A DNA stretch of 64,000 bases from Nibricoccus sp. (GCA_047602425.1 JASGHG010000001.1:4576001-4640000); one strand, 5' to 3'. Positions 9,171-19,574 are shown, counted from the stretch's first letter. The notes: generated from the sequence alone by a model not told the origin. A program made the numbers and translations.

Positions 9171-11333
9171 TCAGCGCGACGTTTTCGCTGCCACGGGTTG
9201 GCTCGGTCCGAGGGTGCGGGCGAGGGCGATGGCGAGGGAAGCGGTGGTGAAAGGTTTGGTCAGAAAATCGTGGAAACCTTCGGCGCGAGCCCGCGTAGCG
9301 TCCATTTGGGCGCCAAAGCCTGCAACTAGAATTACGGGCAGGTCGGGGCGGGTTTTCCACAACGCCCGGGCAAGATCGAGGCCGGTCAACCGAGGCATCA
9401 GGTAGTCGACGATGACGGCGGCAAACGCCTGGGGGTCGCGCTCGAAGAGGTCGCGCGCCTGATTGGGATCGGTAATGGCGGTGGCGCGGTAGTTGAGTTT
9501 TTCAACCAACTGCGCGCACGTCCGGGCGACGCTGGGTTCGTCATCGACGATGAGCAAGGCTTGTCCCTTTCCGTTGGGTTTGGCGGACTCGTGGGCGGCT
9601 GAGCCTGACTTGGCGCGCTCGTCTGAAACGGGGAAGAAAAGGGAAAATGTAGTTCCTTTGCCAGGTGTGCTCTCGACCTGGATGGTTCCTTCGTGCGATT
9701 GCACGATGCCGTGCACGACCGCGAGGCCGAGGCCAGTGCCTTCGCCCGCGGCCTTGGTGGTAAAAAATGGTTCGAAAATATGTTCGATGACCGATGGATC
9801 CATGCCGGAACCGGTATCGGTGACGCGAAGGCGCACATAAGGGCCGGGATTCAGCGCAATCGGCCGCGAGCCGGTCGGACCCACGTCGATGTCGATCGGG
9901 TCGAGCGCGACGGTGATGCTGCCGCCCTTCGGGGCCATGGCGTGGGCGGCATTGGTGCAGAGATTGAGGAGCACTTGCTGAATCTGTCCTTCGTTGACGC
10001 TGACCAAACGGTCGCAGTTGAGGGCGGGATGGATCTTGTTGTGCTTGCCGATGGCGGAGCGCACGAGCCGCAGGGAGTCTTCGACCACCTTGGAAAACAC
10101 CATCGACTGACGCTCGATCGGTTGGCGGCGGCTGAAGGTTAGAATTTGCGCGATGATGTCGCGCGCGCGCTGGCCGGCATTCTCGATCTCGGCAATGTCG
10201 GTCAGACAGGCGGAAGAACCGGGCATGCGGCCCAGTTCGAGACGGAGCAAGTCGGCGTGGCCGAGGATGGCCGTGAGGATGTTGTTAAAGTCATGCGCTA
10301 TGCCGCCGGCGAGGTTGCCCAACGCCTCCATTTTTTGGGACCGGAAGAGTTGTTGCTCCAAAAGTTGGCGCCGATTTTCGGTTTCCTTGCGGGCGGTGAT
10401 GTCCTGCACGATCCCGATCCAGCGGTCGGCCTGGCTGGAAGCGCCGGGCAGAAGGCCGCCGCGGAGAAGAAGCTGCTTGGCTTTAGTCTGCCCGGGGCAG
10501 TTGTAGCGGATTTCCAATTCGAAGGTTTTTTCCTTCGATTTCGAAAGCGAATCAAGCACGCCACTGGCGCGGGCGCGATCGTCGGGAGCCACGTTTTGCA
10601 CGAAGTCCGAAAATTTTGCCGGCCCTCCGGCGCCGGGATAACCGAGAAGCGTGCGGGCTTCGTCCGTCCAGTGAACTCCCGCGGAATTGCTTTCCCAACA
10701 GCCAATGCCGCCGGCGTTTTGTGCCATACGGAGTAGTTCGTCGGCACGGCGGTGCTGGTCGATCTCGGCCTCGAGACGGTGGACGGTGTTGACGAGCTTC
10801 TCGTTGAGCGTCCGGACCGATTCCTCGGAGGCGGAAAGGGCGGTGTTGGCGCGGGAGAGTTCGTGCAATTTATCCTCCAGCTTGACCAAGACCATGCGGG
10901 TGTATTCCTGCAACTGTCCGGCGACGAGTTGGGATTGGGTGGCGGTGCGGTTTGGTTTCTTGCCGACTTCAGCGAGGACCTCGTCGACGATCCCGAGCAG
11001 TCGGTCGGGTTCGATGGGTTTGATCACGAAGCGATCGGCGCCAATCGAAAGGGCAAAACGCTCATCGCTTTCCGCGGTGTAAGTGGCGGTGTAGAGGATA
11101 AACGGGAGGGTTTTCAGCCGGGGATCGCGTCGAATCTCGGTGCAAAGTTCAAAACCATCCATCACCGGCATGAGGGCGTCGGAAACAATGATGTCGGGAA
11201 GGCCGCGGTCGTGGCAGAGCGCGAGTCCATCCCGGCCATTCGTGGCGGACCAGACTTCGTGGCCTCGTGCGGCGAAATACTGCTCAAGCAGGTAGAGGCT
11301 GTTGGGATTGTCTTCGGTGACGAGGATTTTCAT
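9171..11333 (-). CDS. Hybrid sensor kinase (REC-PAS-HisKA-HATPase-REC)
   Basis: N-terminal receiver (DALMPVMDG), H-box GGIAHDFNN, EPFFTTK, GTGLGL, C-terminal receiver (DYLMP). Confidence 0.95.
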   Translation of the reverse strand: MKILVTEDNPNSLYLLEQYFAARGHEVWSATNGRDGLALCHDRGLPDIIVSDALMPVMDGFELCTEIRRDPRLKTLPFILYTATYTAESDERFALSIGADRFVIKPIEPDRLLGIVDEVLAEVGKKPNRTATQSQLVAGQLQEYTRMVLVKLEDKLHELSRANTALSASEESVRTLNEKLVNTVHRLEAEIDQHRRADELLRMAQNAGGIGCWESNSAGVHWTDEARTLLGYPGAGGPAKFSDFVQNVAPDDRARASGVLDSLSKSKEKTFELEIRYNCPGQTKAKQLLLRGGLLPGASSQADRWIGIVQDITARKETENRRQLLEQQLFRSQKMEALGNLAGGIAHDFNNILTAILGHADLLRLELGRMPGSSACLTDIAEIENAGQRARDIIAQILTFSRRQPIERQSMVFSKVVEDSLRLVRSAIGKHNKIHPALNCDRLVSVNEGQIQQVLLNLCTNAAHAMAPKGGSITVALDPIDIDVGPTGSRPIALNPGPYVRLRVTDTGSGMDPSVIEHIFEPFFTTKAAGEGTGLGLAVVHGIVQSHEGTIQVESTPGKGTTFSLFFPVSDERAKSGSAAHESAKPNGKGQALLIVDDEPSVARTCAQLVEKLNYRATAITDPNQARDLFERDPQAFAAVIVDYLMPRLTGLDLARALWKTRPDLPVILVAGFGAQMDATRARAEGFHDFLTKPFTTASLAIALARTLGPSQPVAAKTSR

Positions 11334-11716
11334 GGGGCGGGCTCCAGCTTGGCGGGCAGAAGACGAACCACACGATTGATGAAATCGTCGGGTTCGAAGG
11401 GTTTTTCAAGATAGTCGGCGACTCCAAGGGCCAGCGCGCGCTGCCTGTCGCCAGATTGGGCATACGATGTGACGACGAGAATGGGAACTTTCGTCGTGGC
11501 CGGTTGAGCGCGCAAGCGGGTGGCAACCTCATAGCCGTCCATCTCGGGCATTTGAATGTCGAGCACGACGAGATCGGGCGGCGAGTTTTCCGCCGAGGCG
11601 AGTCCACGGGCCCCGTCGCCGGCGTGGCGGACTTCGCAGCCGATCTTATCGAGCAGAAAGGTGGCGAGCAGACGGTTGGCCTCATTGTCTTCGATCAGGA
11701 GTACGCGGGGTTTCAT
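11330..11716 (-). CDS. Single-domain response regulator (CheY/DivK-like)
   Basis: VLLIEDN, DIQMPEMDG, EKP; ATG overlaps the upstream kinase stop (ATGA). Confidence 0.93.
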   Translation of the reverse strand: MKPRVLLIEDNEANRLLATFLLDKIGCEVRHAGDGARGLASAENSPPDLVVLDIQMPEMDGYEVATRLRAQPATTKVPILVVTSYAQSGDRQRALALGVADYLEKPFEPDDFINRVVRLLPAKLEPAP

Positions 11717-14700
11717 CGTGAAAGGGTGTGATTTTCCCAAAGGGAAGGCGTGCCGCCGGAATCGGCCTGGGACGGCACCATGAAGGGGAGTGTGACGGTA
11801 AAAACGGAGCCGCGGCCGAACTCACTCGTGGCGTCGACGGTGCCACCGAGGAGCTTGAGAAGTTTTCGCACGAGAAAGAGGCCGAGACCGGTACCTTCAT
11901 AAACGCGACGAGCCGAACCATCGACTTGGCGAAATGCTTCGAAAAGGCGCGCGATGTTTTCTGGCCGAATGCCGATGCCCGTATCGTGTACGGCGAGCCG
12001 CAGGAAGTCGCCTTCGGCCTGGACAACGATGCGCACGCCGCCTTTTTCGGTGAACTTCACGGCATTGTTGGCGAGGTTGAGAATGACTTGGTAGAGACGT
12101 TTGCGATCGGTGACGACGGCCGGAAGGTTGGGCGCGGCTTCGGTGGAGTAGGTGAGATGTTTGGCGGCGACCATCGGGGCGAGGGTGCGTTCGACGTCTT
12201 GCAGGACCTCGCCGATGTTGACTTGTTCGGGAAAGAGTTCGACGCGGCCGGCCTCGATGCGGGAAACGTCGAGCAGATCGTTGATCAAGCCGAGCAGGTG
12301 ACGCGCAGAGCCATGAATCATTTCGAGTTGCTTGAGTTGCTCGGGGTTAACCGAACCGGCCATGCCCTGCTTGAGAATCGAGCTGAAACCGATGATCGAG
12401 TTGAGCGGAGTGCGGAGCTCGTGGCTCATCGTGGCGAGAAATTCGCTCTTGAGCCGGTCGAGTTCCTTGAGTTTTGCGTTCGCGAGTTCGAGTTCGCGGG
12501 TGCGATCGGCGACGCGGATTTCCAAACTTTCGTTGAGCGCGCGAATCTCGCGTTCGGCGCGCTGGCGATCCGTGATGTCGACTTGGGAAATCAGCATCGT
12601 CGCGACCTCCTCGATTTTGACCAAAGTGATTGAGAGGAGGAAGACGCCGATTTGTCCGTCGGCGCGGAGTAGATTGACTTCGCGGTCGTGGATTTCGCCG
12701 GTCTGGTCGAGTTCGCGCAAAACCTGCCCGCGCATTTCGGGATTGGGCCAAATGCCGAGTTCGATGGCGGTTCGCCCGGTGGCCGATTGGCGGCTGATGC
12801 CGTAGGTTTGCTCCCAGCGGTCGTTGACGTCGATGAGACAACCGTCGATGAGGCGCACAATCGCCTGCGGGGTCGGCGCGCGGTGAAAAGCTTTTTGGAA
12901 ACGTTCTTCGGATTCGCGGAAAAGGCGCTCGGCGCTGGCGCGCTCGGTCACGTCGAGCACGAGCGAAGAAACGCTCGCGACCTTCCCCTCGGCGTCTGCG
13001 ACGACCGTGCTGTACCATTCACATTCGATGGTGCGGCCGTCGCGCGTGATATTTTGGTTGGAATAACGCGCACCGGTGCGGCTGTGGAGAAGACCGCGCC
13101 AGGATTCCGCGACTCCGGCGCGTTCGTGTTCGGGAATGAGAAACGCCGCGTGTTTTCCGAGCGCCTCGGCGGCGGACCAGCCAAAAATGAGTTCGGCCGC
13201 AGGATTCCAAGCGGCGACGCAAAAATCCGGTGTCCAATCGATCACGCCGAGCGGCGTATTTTCCAGATGCAGGCTGAGGCGGCGTTGGCTGGAGCGAAGC
13301 GCCTCCTCGGCGCGACGTTGTTCGGTGACATCGAAGCTCGCGCAGACCACGCCGGTGGTTTTGCCGTCGGCAAGCACTGGCGCGAAGACGACGTGGGAAA
13401 AAACGATGTTGCCATTCTGCTGGCCCACGAGATCGCGCTGCACCACTTGTCCGACCAGCACGCGATTGAAATTTTCCGCGAGCGGCAGCGAGGCCGCTTC
13501 GGCGGAGGAGGCAGGATCGAGCTTGCGGCCGAGCAGGTCGCCGAGGCGGCGTTGAGCCGCGGGATTTTGCAACCGGCAGACACCGCTCTTGTCGAAAACA
13601 AGAAGCTCAAAGGGAACGTGCGAGACGACGGCATCGAGCAAGGCTTCGCGCTCGGCCCGCTTGGCCATTTCGCTTTGTAGGGATACATTGGTTGAGGCGA
13701 GTTCGCGCTGTCGGTCAGAGATGGCCTTTACCATTTCCTGAAACGCTCCGCCCAGGTCCAGGAGTTCGCGCGGCGCGGAACGCAACGCCAGTTCGGGTTG
13801 CGCGCCGCCGGCGAGGCCGCGCACCGCTGCACGCAATTGCTCGACCGGACGCGCCATGTAGCGTGCGAAAAGTACGCTGCCCAGTGCGCCGATACCCATG
13901 GCGGCGATGCTCACGCCAAAGATGAGCCACTTCTGGCCACGATAGTACGCCGCTGCCGCGCGTCCGCTGTCAGAGAGCGTGAAGACCGTCCAGCGAGGTT
14001 GTGACGGCGGTAAATCCTGATATTTACCGATCCAATTGGCACCGGCATTTGGCAGCAAGAGGGGAGCCTGGCTTTTCATCCACTCGTCTGAGGTGGACGG
14101 AGCTACCTCGCCCCGGCCGGCGTTCTCGCTCTGGGGATGAGCGAGCAACCATTGCTGCTTCGAACGACGGTTTTCGACGATGAAACTTTCCGCGCCGGTT
14201 TCATAACGCAGCTGGCGCAAAAATTCGCCTAACGCGTCGGTGTCGAAGTCGGCGTCCCAGACGCCATCCAGTTCACCCGAAGGCGCGAAGACCGGCAGAA
14301 TGTAGGTGATGCCTTGAACCGGTTTTCGGCCCTCGTAATCGGTAAAGGCATAAGCTTCCGTCCAGCCCGGTTTGCGGGTGGCAACAGCTTGCTGAAAAAA
14401 GGGCCGGGTGCGCGGGTCATAACCGTCCCAAGGCGTTTCGTCCACGAGGTAAAACCGTCCGGACTGGTAACGGTAGATGCGAAGAACGCGTTTGCCGCCG
14501 GGTTCGTCCACGTAGGCCATCCATTCCATCAAGCCATCGGTTCGGCGATGCAGAAAAGCAGCCTCGCCGGTCGCAGCCAGCGAGTAGCCGAGGTAGTTGA
14601 GTTCCGGCCGTTGCTCGAACGCCGGGACAAGTCGGATGAACAGGGCTTCCCATTCGGCGGAGGTCTTCGATTTGCCGCCCATCGCCCGCACCGCGGATTC

Positions 14701-14925
14701 AGCGGTCATCTCCGCTGAACGCAGTAACTGCTCCACACGATACACGACGCGTCTTGAGACTTCCTCCAATTCCGTCTGGGCAACGCTGCGCGCGGCGAGA
14801 CGCGACTGGCCGTAAACGACGATGGTCATGGCACACGCCACACCCACGACCAGCACCAGCGTACCCGCCAGCAACCATGTTCGGATGGACCGTCTGTGGA
14901 GCTTTTTTCGGAAGACTCGGAACAC
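11713..14925 (-). CDS. Membrane sensor histidine kinase (Cache-HAMP-PAS x3-HisKA-HATPase)
   Basis: Two TMs; Cache motif YDPRTRPFF...WTEAY; PAS repeats; SHELRTPL; NAVKFT; GTGLGL. Confidence 0.94.
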   Translation of the reverse strand: MFRVFRKKLHRRSIRTWLLAGTLVLVVGVACAMTIVVYGQSRLAARSVAQTELEEVSRRVVYRVEQLLRSAEMTAESAVRAMGGKSKTSAEWEALFIRLVPAFEQRPELNYLGYSLAATGEAAFLHRRTDGLMEWMAYVDEPGGKRVLRIYRYQSGRFYLVDETPWDGYDPRTRPFFQQAVATRKPGWTEAYAFTDYEGRKPVQGITYILPVFAPSGELDGVWDADFDTDALGEFLRQLRYETGAESFIVENRRSKQQWLLAHPQSENAGRGEVAPSTSDEWMKSQAPLLLPNAGANWIGKYQDLPPSQPRWTVFTLSDSGRAAAAYYRGQKWLIFGVSIAAMGIGALGSVLFARYMARPVEQLRAAVRGLAGGAQPELALRSAPRELLDLGGAFQEMVKAISDRQRELASTNVSLQSEMAKRAEREALLDAVVSHVPFELLVFDKSGVCRLQNPAAQRRLGDLLGRKLDPASSAEAASLPLAENFNRVLVGQVVQRDLVGQQNGNIVFSHVVFAPVLADGKTTGVVCASFDVTEQRRAEEALRSSQRRLSLHLENTPLGVIDWTPDFCVAAWNPAAELIFGWSAAEALGKHAAFLIPEHERAGVAESWRGLLHSRTGARYSNQNITRDGRTIECEWYSTVVADAEGKVASVSSLVLDVTERASAERLFRESEERFQKAFHRAPTPQAIVRLIDGCLIDVNDRWEQTYGISRQSATGRTAIELGIWPNPEMRGQVLRELDQTGEIHDREVNLLRADGQIGVFLLSITLVKIEEVATMLISQVDITDRQRAEREIRALNESLEIRVADRTRELELANAKLKELDRLKSEFLATMSHELRTPLNSIIGFSSILKQGMAGSVNPEQLKQLEMIHGSARHLLGLINDLLDVSRIEAGRVELFPEQVNIGEVLQDVERTLAPMVAAKHLTYSTEAAPNLPAVVTDRKRLYQVILNLANNAVKFTEKGGVRIVVQAEGDFLRLAVHDTGIGIRPENIARLFEAFRQVDGSARRVYEGTGLGLFLVRKLLKLLGGTVDATSEFGRGSVFTVTLPFMVPSQADSGGTPSLWENHTLSR

Positions 14926-14984
14926 GACGCTTTGAGCAATATCCGAAAACGTCTTGGGAGCCAGTCTTTAGTTAGCGGAAGGAA

Positions 14985-15000
14985 TGCCGACGGCGTGCCG
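14985..15000 (-). promoter_or_regulatory. Possible sigma54 (-24/-12) promoter for the phosphorelay operon
   Basis: Minus strand CGGCACG-CCGT-CGGCA, exact GG-N10-GC spacing, 60 nt upstream of GTG 14925. Confidence 0.4.
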
Positions 15001-15099
15001 TATGGCCTCGTTCTCTGCAATACCTAGGTGGCAAAAAATCGTGTCCGTTGCCCTGAGCACACTTGAAATGCGACGGATTTTTTGCGCCCATCTTGGCCC

Positions 15100-16764
15100 A
15101 TGCTCCAGTCCCTCCGCATCAAAAACCTGGCGTTACTCGAAGAGGTCGCGCTCGACTTCGAAGCGGGCTTCACCGCGGTCACAGGCGAGACTGGCGCGGG
15201 CAAGAGTATTTTGCTCGGGGCCTTGAGTCTTCTGGCAGGTGAACGGGCCGACAAAACCATTATCCGCCAAGGTGCTGCGGCGTGCGAAGTTGAGGCCTCG
15301 CTGTATTTTAAAAACACAAAAAAGGTCGACGCGTTACTGGCCGAACTCGACCTGCCTGTGTGCGAAGACGGCGTGCTGATTTTGAAACGCAGCCTGCCAC
15401 GCGAAAAGGCCCCGAAGCTCACCGTGAATGGCGGTCTCGCCACCTTGGCTGCGCTGCAACGGCTCGGCGAAGCCTGGATCGATTTTCACGGACCAAGCGA
15501 ACCGCGGCGCCTGCTCAAGGAAAGCTGCCAGTTGGAACTGCTCGACTTGTTCGGTCGGGCCGGCGAAGCCCTCGCCGCCTACGGCCAACGCTATCGCGCC
15601 TGGCGCGAAAAACTGGCCGAGCGGGAACGCATTGCGAACGAGACGAAACTTTCGCCAGACCAAATCAGCTTCCTGGAGAATCAACTTTCGAAACTCGACG
15701 CGTTGGAATTGACCGACGAGGCCATCGAAACGTTGGAGCGCGATTTTCAACGGCAAAACAAAGCGCAAGAGCTAATCGAACTCGCCGCCGCGCTGACCAA
15801 CGGCCTGACTGGCGAAGACGGCGCCGCCGGCCGAGTCGCTGCGCTCGTCCGCGAAGCCCGCCAGCTCGAAACACTCGATGGGGCCAGCAAGGCGCTCGCC
15901 GACCGCCTCGCTTCCGCCTCGATAGAACTCGCCGACCTCGGCGCGGAATTCGAGGCGCTTGGCGGTGAATATCAGTTCGACCCCGAACAGGCCGAGCAAT
16001 TGCAGGAGCGCATGAACACCTGGCTCGAAGTGAAGCGCAAACACGGTGGCGACCTTCGCGCCGTCATCGCAGCCAAAGAGGACATGCGCCGCCGCCTCGA
16101 AGTGCAGGGCGACCTCGAAGGCACGCTCGTCAAACTTGAAAAAGAAATCGCCGACACCGAGCGCGCCGCGAAGAAAGAAGCGCAGGCCCTCCGCGCGATC
16201 CGTGAAAAAGCCTCGCGCGAACTCGCCAAGGTGGCATCGAAGAGCATCGCCCAACTTGGCTTCAAAAAAGCCGACTTCCAAATCAAGCTCGTGTCGCTTC
16301 CCGAACTCGGTCCCACCGGTGATTGCGGCTGCGAGTTTTTGTTCTCACCCAACGTCGGCGAAGCTCCGCTGCCGCTCAACCGGATCGCGTCCAGCGGCGA
16401 ACTCGCCCGTGTGATGCTCGCGCTCAAGACCGTGCTGGCCGACCTCGACGGCGTGCCCGTGCTGGTCTTCGACGAAGTCGATGCCAACGTCGGCGGCGAA
16501 ATCGGCACCGTGGTTGGCGAAAAAATGGCCTCCATCGCCAAAACGCATCAGGTCCTCTGCGTCACGCATCTTCCTCAAGTCGCCGCGCAAGGGGCGAACC
16601 ATTTGGTTGTCACCAAGGACCAATCGAAAGACCGTGCCGTCGTCACAATCGCATCGATCCACGAAAACCGCAAAGCCCGCCTCGGCGAAATCGCCCGCAT
16701 GCTCGGCGACCGCACCGCCAAGAGCGCGCTAGCGCACGCGGAGGAATTGTTGGGGAAAGGGTGA
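15100..16764 (+). CDS. recN: DNA repair protein RecN
   Basis: TGETGAGKS Walker A, IASSGELARVML, FDEVDANVGG, VTHLPQVAA. Confidence 0.97.
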   Translation: MLQSLRIKNLALLEEVALDFEAGFTAVTGETGAGKSILLGALSLLAGERADKTIIRQGAAACEVEASLYFKNTKKVDALLAELDLPVCEDGVLILKRSLPREKAPKLTVNGGLATLAALQRLGEAWIDFHGPSEPRRLLKESCQLELLDLFGRAGEALAAYGQRYRAWREKLAERERIANETKLSPDQISFLENQLSKLDALELTDEAIETLERDFQRQNKAQELIELAAALTNGLTGEDGAAGRVAALVREARQLETLDGASKALADRLASASIELADLGAEFEALGGEYQFDPEQAEQLQERMNTWLEVKRKHGGDLRAVIAAKEDMRRRLEVQGDLEGTLVKLEKEIADTERAAKKEAQALRAIREKASRELAKVASKSIAQLGFKKADFQIKLVSLPELGPTGDCGCEFLFSPNVGEAPLPLNRIASSGELARVMLALKTVLADLDGVPVLVFDEVDANVGGEIGTVVGEKMASIAKTHQVLCVTHLPQVAAQGANHLVVTKDQSKDRAVVTIASIHENRKARLGEIARMLGDRTAKSALAHAEELLGKG

Positions 16765-16770
16765 GCGATT

Positions 16771-16804
16771 TTTGAACTGCAGAGGTCGCGAAGGGGACGC
16801 AACG
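16771..16804 (+). repeat. Half copy (purine-rich arm) of a 9-nt-periodic REP-like element
   Basis: TTTGAAC tgcagag gt cgcgaag ggga cgcaacg; resembles the left arm at 20214. Confidence 0.5.
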
Positions 16805-16827
16805 GGAAAGACTGTCCCAGCTTGGTT

Positions 16828-17295
16828 TTAGGCCACAACCACCCGTTTCTCCATTTTGAAGCGCTCGAATTCGATTCCGAAACGGATCACGTGCTCTACT
16901 TCGCGAAGCACGTAACCATGCTTTGCGAAAAAGGGGCGGCTGATCCGGCTCGCTTCCGTATGGATTAAGCTTACGCCCTGCCTAACCCCGTAACATTCTA
17001 GATGCCGATAGATTTCGGAGCCGATGCCTTTGCGGCAAAATGCTCCAGAGCAGTATAGAAAAGCGAGATGGTCGTCGGGCTCCAGTTGCCCGAAGGCGAC
17101 AATCTCTTGTTGCTCTTCGGCAACCAACGTCAACCCGCGTGATAGGCGCGCTCGGAATTCTTCGATATTGTCGGGATAAAGTGCCCAAGCATTTACTTGC
17201 TCGATGGAGTAGGCTTGGGGCGCGACCAAACGCACAGCATCTCGGTAAACTTCCGCTAACGCTTCAGCATCACATGGGGCAAATGCGCGAATCAT
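16828..17295 (-). CDS. GNAT family acetyltransferase (YafP-like)
   Basis: YSIEQVNAWA, RKGIGSEI acetyl-CoA loop, TEASRISRPFFAKHGY. Confidence 0.9.
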   Translation of the reverse strand: MIRAFAPCDAEALAEVYRDAVRLVAPQAYSIEQVNAWALYPDNIEEFRARLSRGLTLVAEEQQEIVAFGQLEPDDHLAFLYCSGAFCRKGIGSEIYRHLECYGVRQGVSLIHTEASRISRPFFAKHGYVLREVEHVIRFGIEFERFKMEKRVVVA

Positions 17296-17340
17296 AGGGC
17301 GAGCTGGATTTTGGGTGAGCAGAGTCGACGACTGTTCAGC

Positions 17341-18051
17341 TTATTTCCGGCGTTTTGGTTTTGTCGCGGCGCCATCGAGCTTGCCGTCGAATTTGCCGGC
17401 TTGGTCGCCGAAGAGTCTGACGAGGAAAGCGAAATAGTCGGGAGCGGCGGTTTTCAGTTTGTCGCGGCTGAAAGGTTCCTGAGCGGTCTCGCCGAAGAGA
17501 TAAGTGGTCCCTGCACACGCAAAATATTCGTTTGGATTTTGCATCATGTGGGATTTTTCGGAGAAGTTGCCGGCGATCTTTGCTTTGTCGTAGAATCGAA
17601 TGATCTCCGCATTCTGAAATCCTTGGGGCACGCGTTGGTGATGATACGCGTGCAATAATTCATGCAGCAGGACAGGTTTGTTTCCTGTGCTTACGATGCG
17701 GGAGGTAACTTTCACGGTTTTCGATCCCCGTTCGTACAAGCCCGGGGTCCCGCGTGGAATATCCTCTGCCGGGATCAGTACGAACGGCACCTCTTGGAGG
17801 AATGCTTCAATTTCCTTGGGCAGGCCAACCTCCAACACGATATCGATCTGTTGCTGGATGGCTTGGTGGATAGCTTCAAGGTCGGGGCTGGTTTGGAGCC
17901 GCGACTCATCGATGGTAAAACCCCGATACGTGATCTTCGCCGGTGCACCCCGAAGAGAGCCTGCCCCAAAAAAGAGACAAGCCGCAGCCACCGATACGCA
18001 TACCGGATTGAAAAAGAATTTGAAGACCGCGCGAAGAAACGTTGTGGGCAT
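17341..18051 (-). CDS. Secreted putative zinc metallopeptidase (HEXXH...EYFA)
   Basis: Signal-like N-terminus; VLLHELLHAYH; downstream NEYFA; start 18051 (ATG) or 18075 (TTG). Confidence 0.7.
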   Translation of the reverse strand: MPTTFLRAVFKFFFNPVCVSVAAACLFFGAGSLRGAPAKITYRGFTIDESRLQTSPDLEAIHQAIQQQIDIVLEVGLPKEIEAFLQEVPFVLIPAEDIPRGTPGLYERGSKTVKVTSRIVSTGNKPVLLHELLHAYHHQRVPQGFQNAEIIRFYDKAKIAGNFSEKSHMMQNPNEYFACAGTTYLFGETAQEPFSRDKLKTAAPDYFAFLVRLFGDQAGKFDGKLDGAATKPKRRK

Positions 18052-18087
18052 TTGGGATGGTTCGTTAGATACCAATGCAGGCGTGTA

Positions 18088-18813
18088 TCAATGCACAGCA
18101 TTATTAGGGATAGCGAGTGCTTCATTCAAATCTCCGAAGCGGTAGCCTCGGCGTTTGAGCATCGGAATCAGTCGGTCGAGCACTGCGGCTGTTCTGACTT
18201 TGCGATCTTTCCCGTCGTGAAGGATGATGATGCCGCCGTTGAGACTCAGCCACGAGGCAAGGCGGACGATGATGGCTGTATTTTCGAAATGGGCGTCGAA
18301 CGGATAGACAGAGCCAAGAACGGCCTGCATGCCGTTCGAATTGGCGTAGGCGACTTGCTGCTTGGTGGCATACCCGGAAGGTGGACGAAAGAAACGAACT
18401 TCGCTGTGGGGACGGAGCGCCGCGGTGCATCGATCAAAGTCACGTACGAAGTCCTCGTGCGACAGTTTCCAACCTGCACGCGATGTGGCCATGTGATTTC
18501 CGACGGAATGACCAGCCTTTAGAATCGCATCGATTTGTTCCGGTGCGCGAATTCTTCCAGAAATAATGAAGAACGTCGCCCGCACGTTGTGGCGTTTCAG
18601 CGCATCCAAAATCGCCGGTGTGCCTTCTGTTGGCGCATCGTCGATGGTGAGGAAGACGACCTTATCCTTCGTCGGAATACGGAAAATGATATCGGACCTC
18701 CAGACCGAGAGAAAGCGTGGCACCGCGAAGGGAAAGATCGCTAGGCTGACAATGATCGTTGTTACCGCGATCATTGCAAAACGAAGGAAGCGCCTTCTAC
18801 TCTTCGAGGACAT
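18088..18813 (-). CDS. Polysaccharide deacetylase (CE4/NodB family)
   Basis: LTIDDAP, ATFF, GNH, FFRPPSG, IIILHDG. Confidence 0.92.
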   Translation of the reverse strand: MSSKSRRRFLRFAMIAVTTIIVSLAIFPFAVPRFLSVWRSDIIFRIPTKDKVVFLTIDDAPTEGTPAILDALKRHNVRATFFIISGRIRAPEQIDAILKAGHSVGNHMATSRAGWKLSHEDFVRDFDRCTAALRPHSEVRFFRPPSGYATKQQVAYANSNGMQAVLGSVYPFDAHFENTAIIVRLASWLSLNGGIIILHDGKDRKVRTAAVLDRLIPMLKRRGYRFGDLNEALAIPNNAVH

Positions 18814-18862
18814 CTCAAACGACGCTCCAGATCTAGTTCTGACCTAGCTCAAGTGCGGTTTA

Positions 18863-19324
18863 TCACGCTTTTCCGTCAGGGGAAGGGGAAGGTTGGGTGG
18901 CCGAGCCATATCGGGCGCGATAGGCTTCGCGGCGGAACCACCAAGTGACGAGGAAGGGAAGGGCGAGGACGGCAATGGCCAAAACCATGAGATAGGGGGC
19001 ATTGGGACGGTCCAAAATCGCAAGCTTGGCAAAGAAAAGCCAACCCAGCGCGAACCACCAAAGCGCGGTACCGACAACGAACGCATAGATACGGCCAACT
19101 TGTGGCCAGCAGATGGGCAACTTTTCGAGAACGCCATACGACTGGGAATGAAAGACCAGAACGTTCACGTCGTTTGCCTGCACGCGCACGAAACGAAACG
19201 AGCGGAGCGGAATCAACGGCACATAGGCCGCGGTAAGCCATTCGGTGGTGACAAAGCTTCCGTCGGGACGGCGGTCGGCTTCTCCATAAAATTTTGTGCC
19301 AAAGCCATTGTAAGTGAAGGCCAT
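18863..19324 (-). CDS. Hypothetical membrane protein
   Basis: 153 aa; NGFGTKFYG...TTEWLTAAYVPLIPLRS followed by two TM segments; start placed at ATG 19324. Confidence 0.75.
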   Translation of the reverse strand: MAFTYNGFGTKFYGEADRRPDGSFVTTEWLTAAYVPLIPLRSFRFVRVQANDVNVLVFHSQSYGVLEKLPICWPQVGRIYAFVVGTALWWFALGWLFFAKLAILDRPNAPYLMVLAIAVLALPFLVTWWFRREAYRARYGSATQPSPSPDGKA

Positions 19325-19574
19325 GATGTTCTCGATTGTTTGGGTTGAAGCGGACGTGGAACGTGAGGAATGCCTTGTTATCCGAGGGCTGAGGGAAAGC
19401 AGACGATCTTCCGCACGAGGGGTTGAAGCACAGAAACCTTGCCGAACCGGGCGAAAGGAGTCGAGCACATTGCGGACGGAGCCCGGGATGCAGGCGTGTC
19501 GGGACCAAATTAGACGGCCCTTGATGCCATTCAATGAGCCGCGAACGCCGTGCTCCCGCTTTGAAGCCGAAACG

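Noticed and set aside
6391..15000. tRNA-Val as the attachment site of an integrated island
   Set aside because: No integrase and no duplicated tRNA 3' end seen; the tRNA keeps its own terminator
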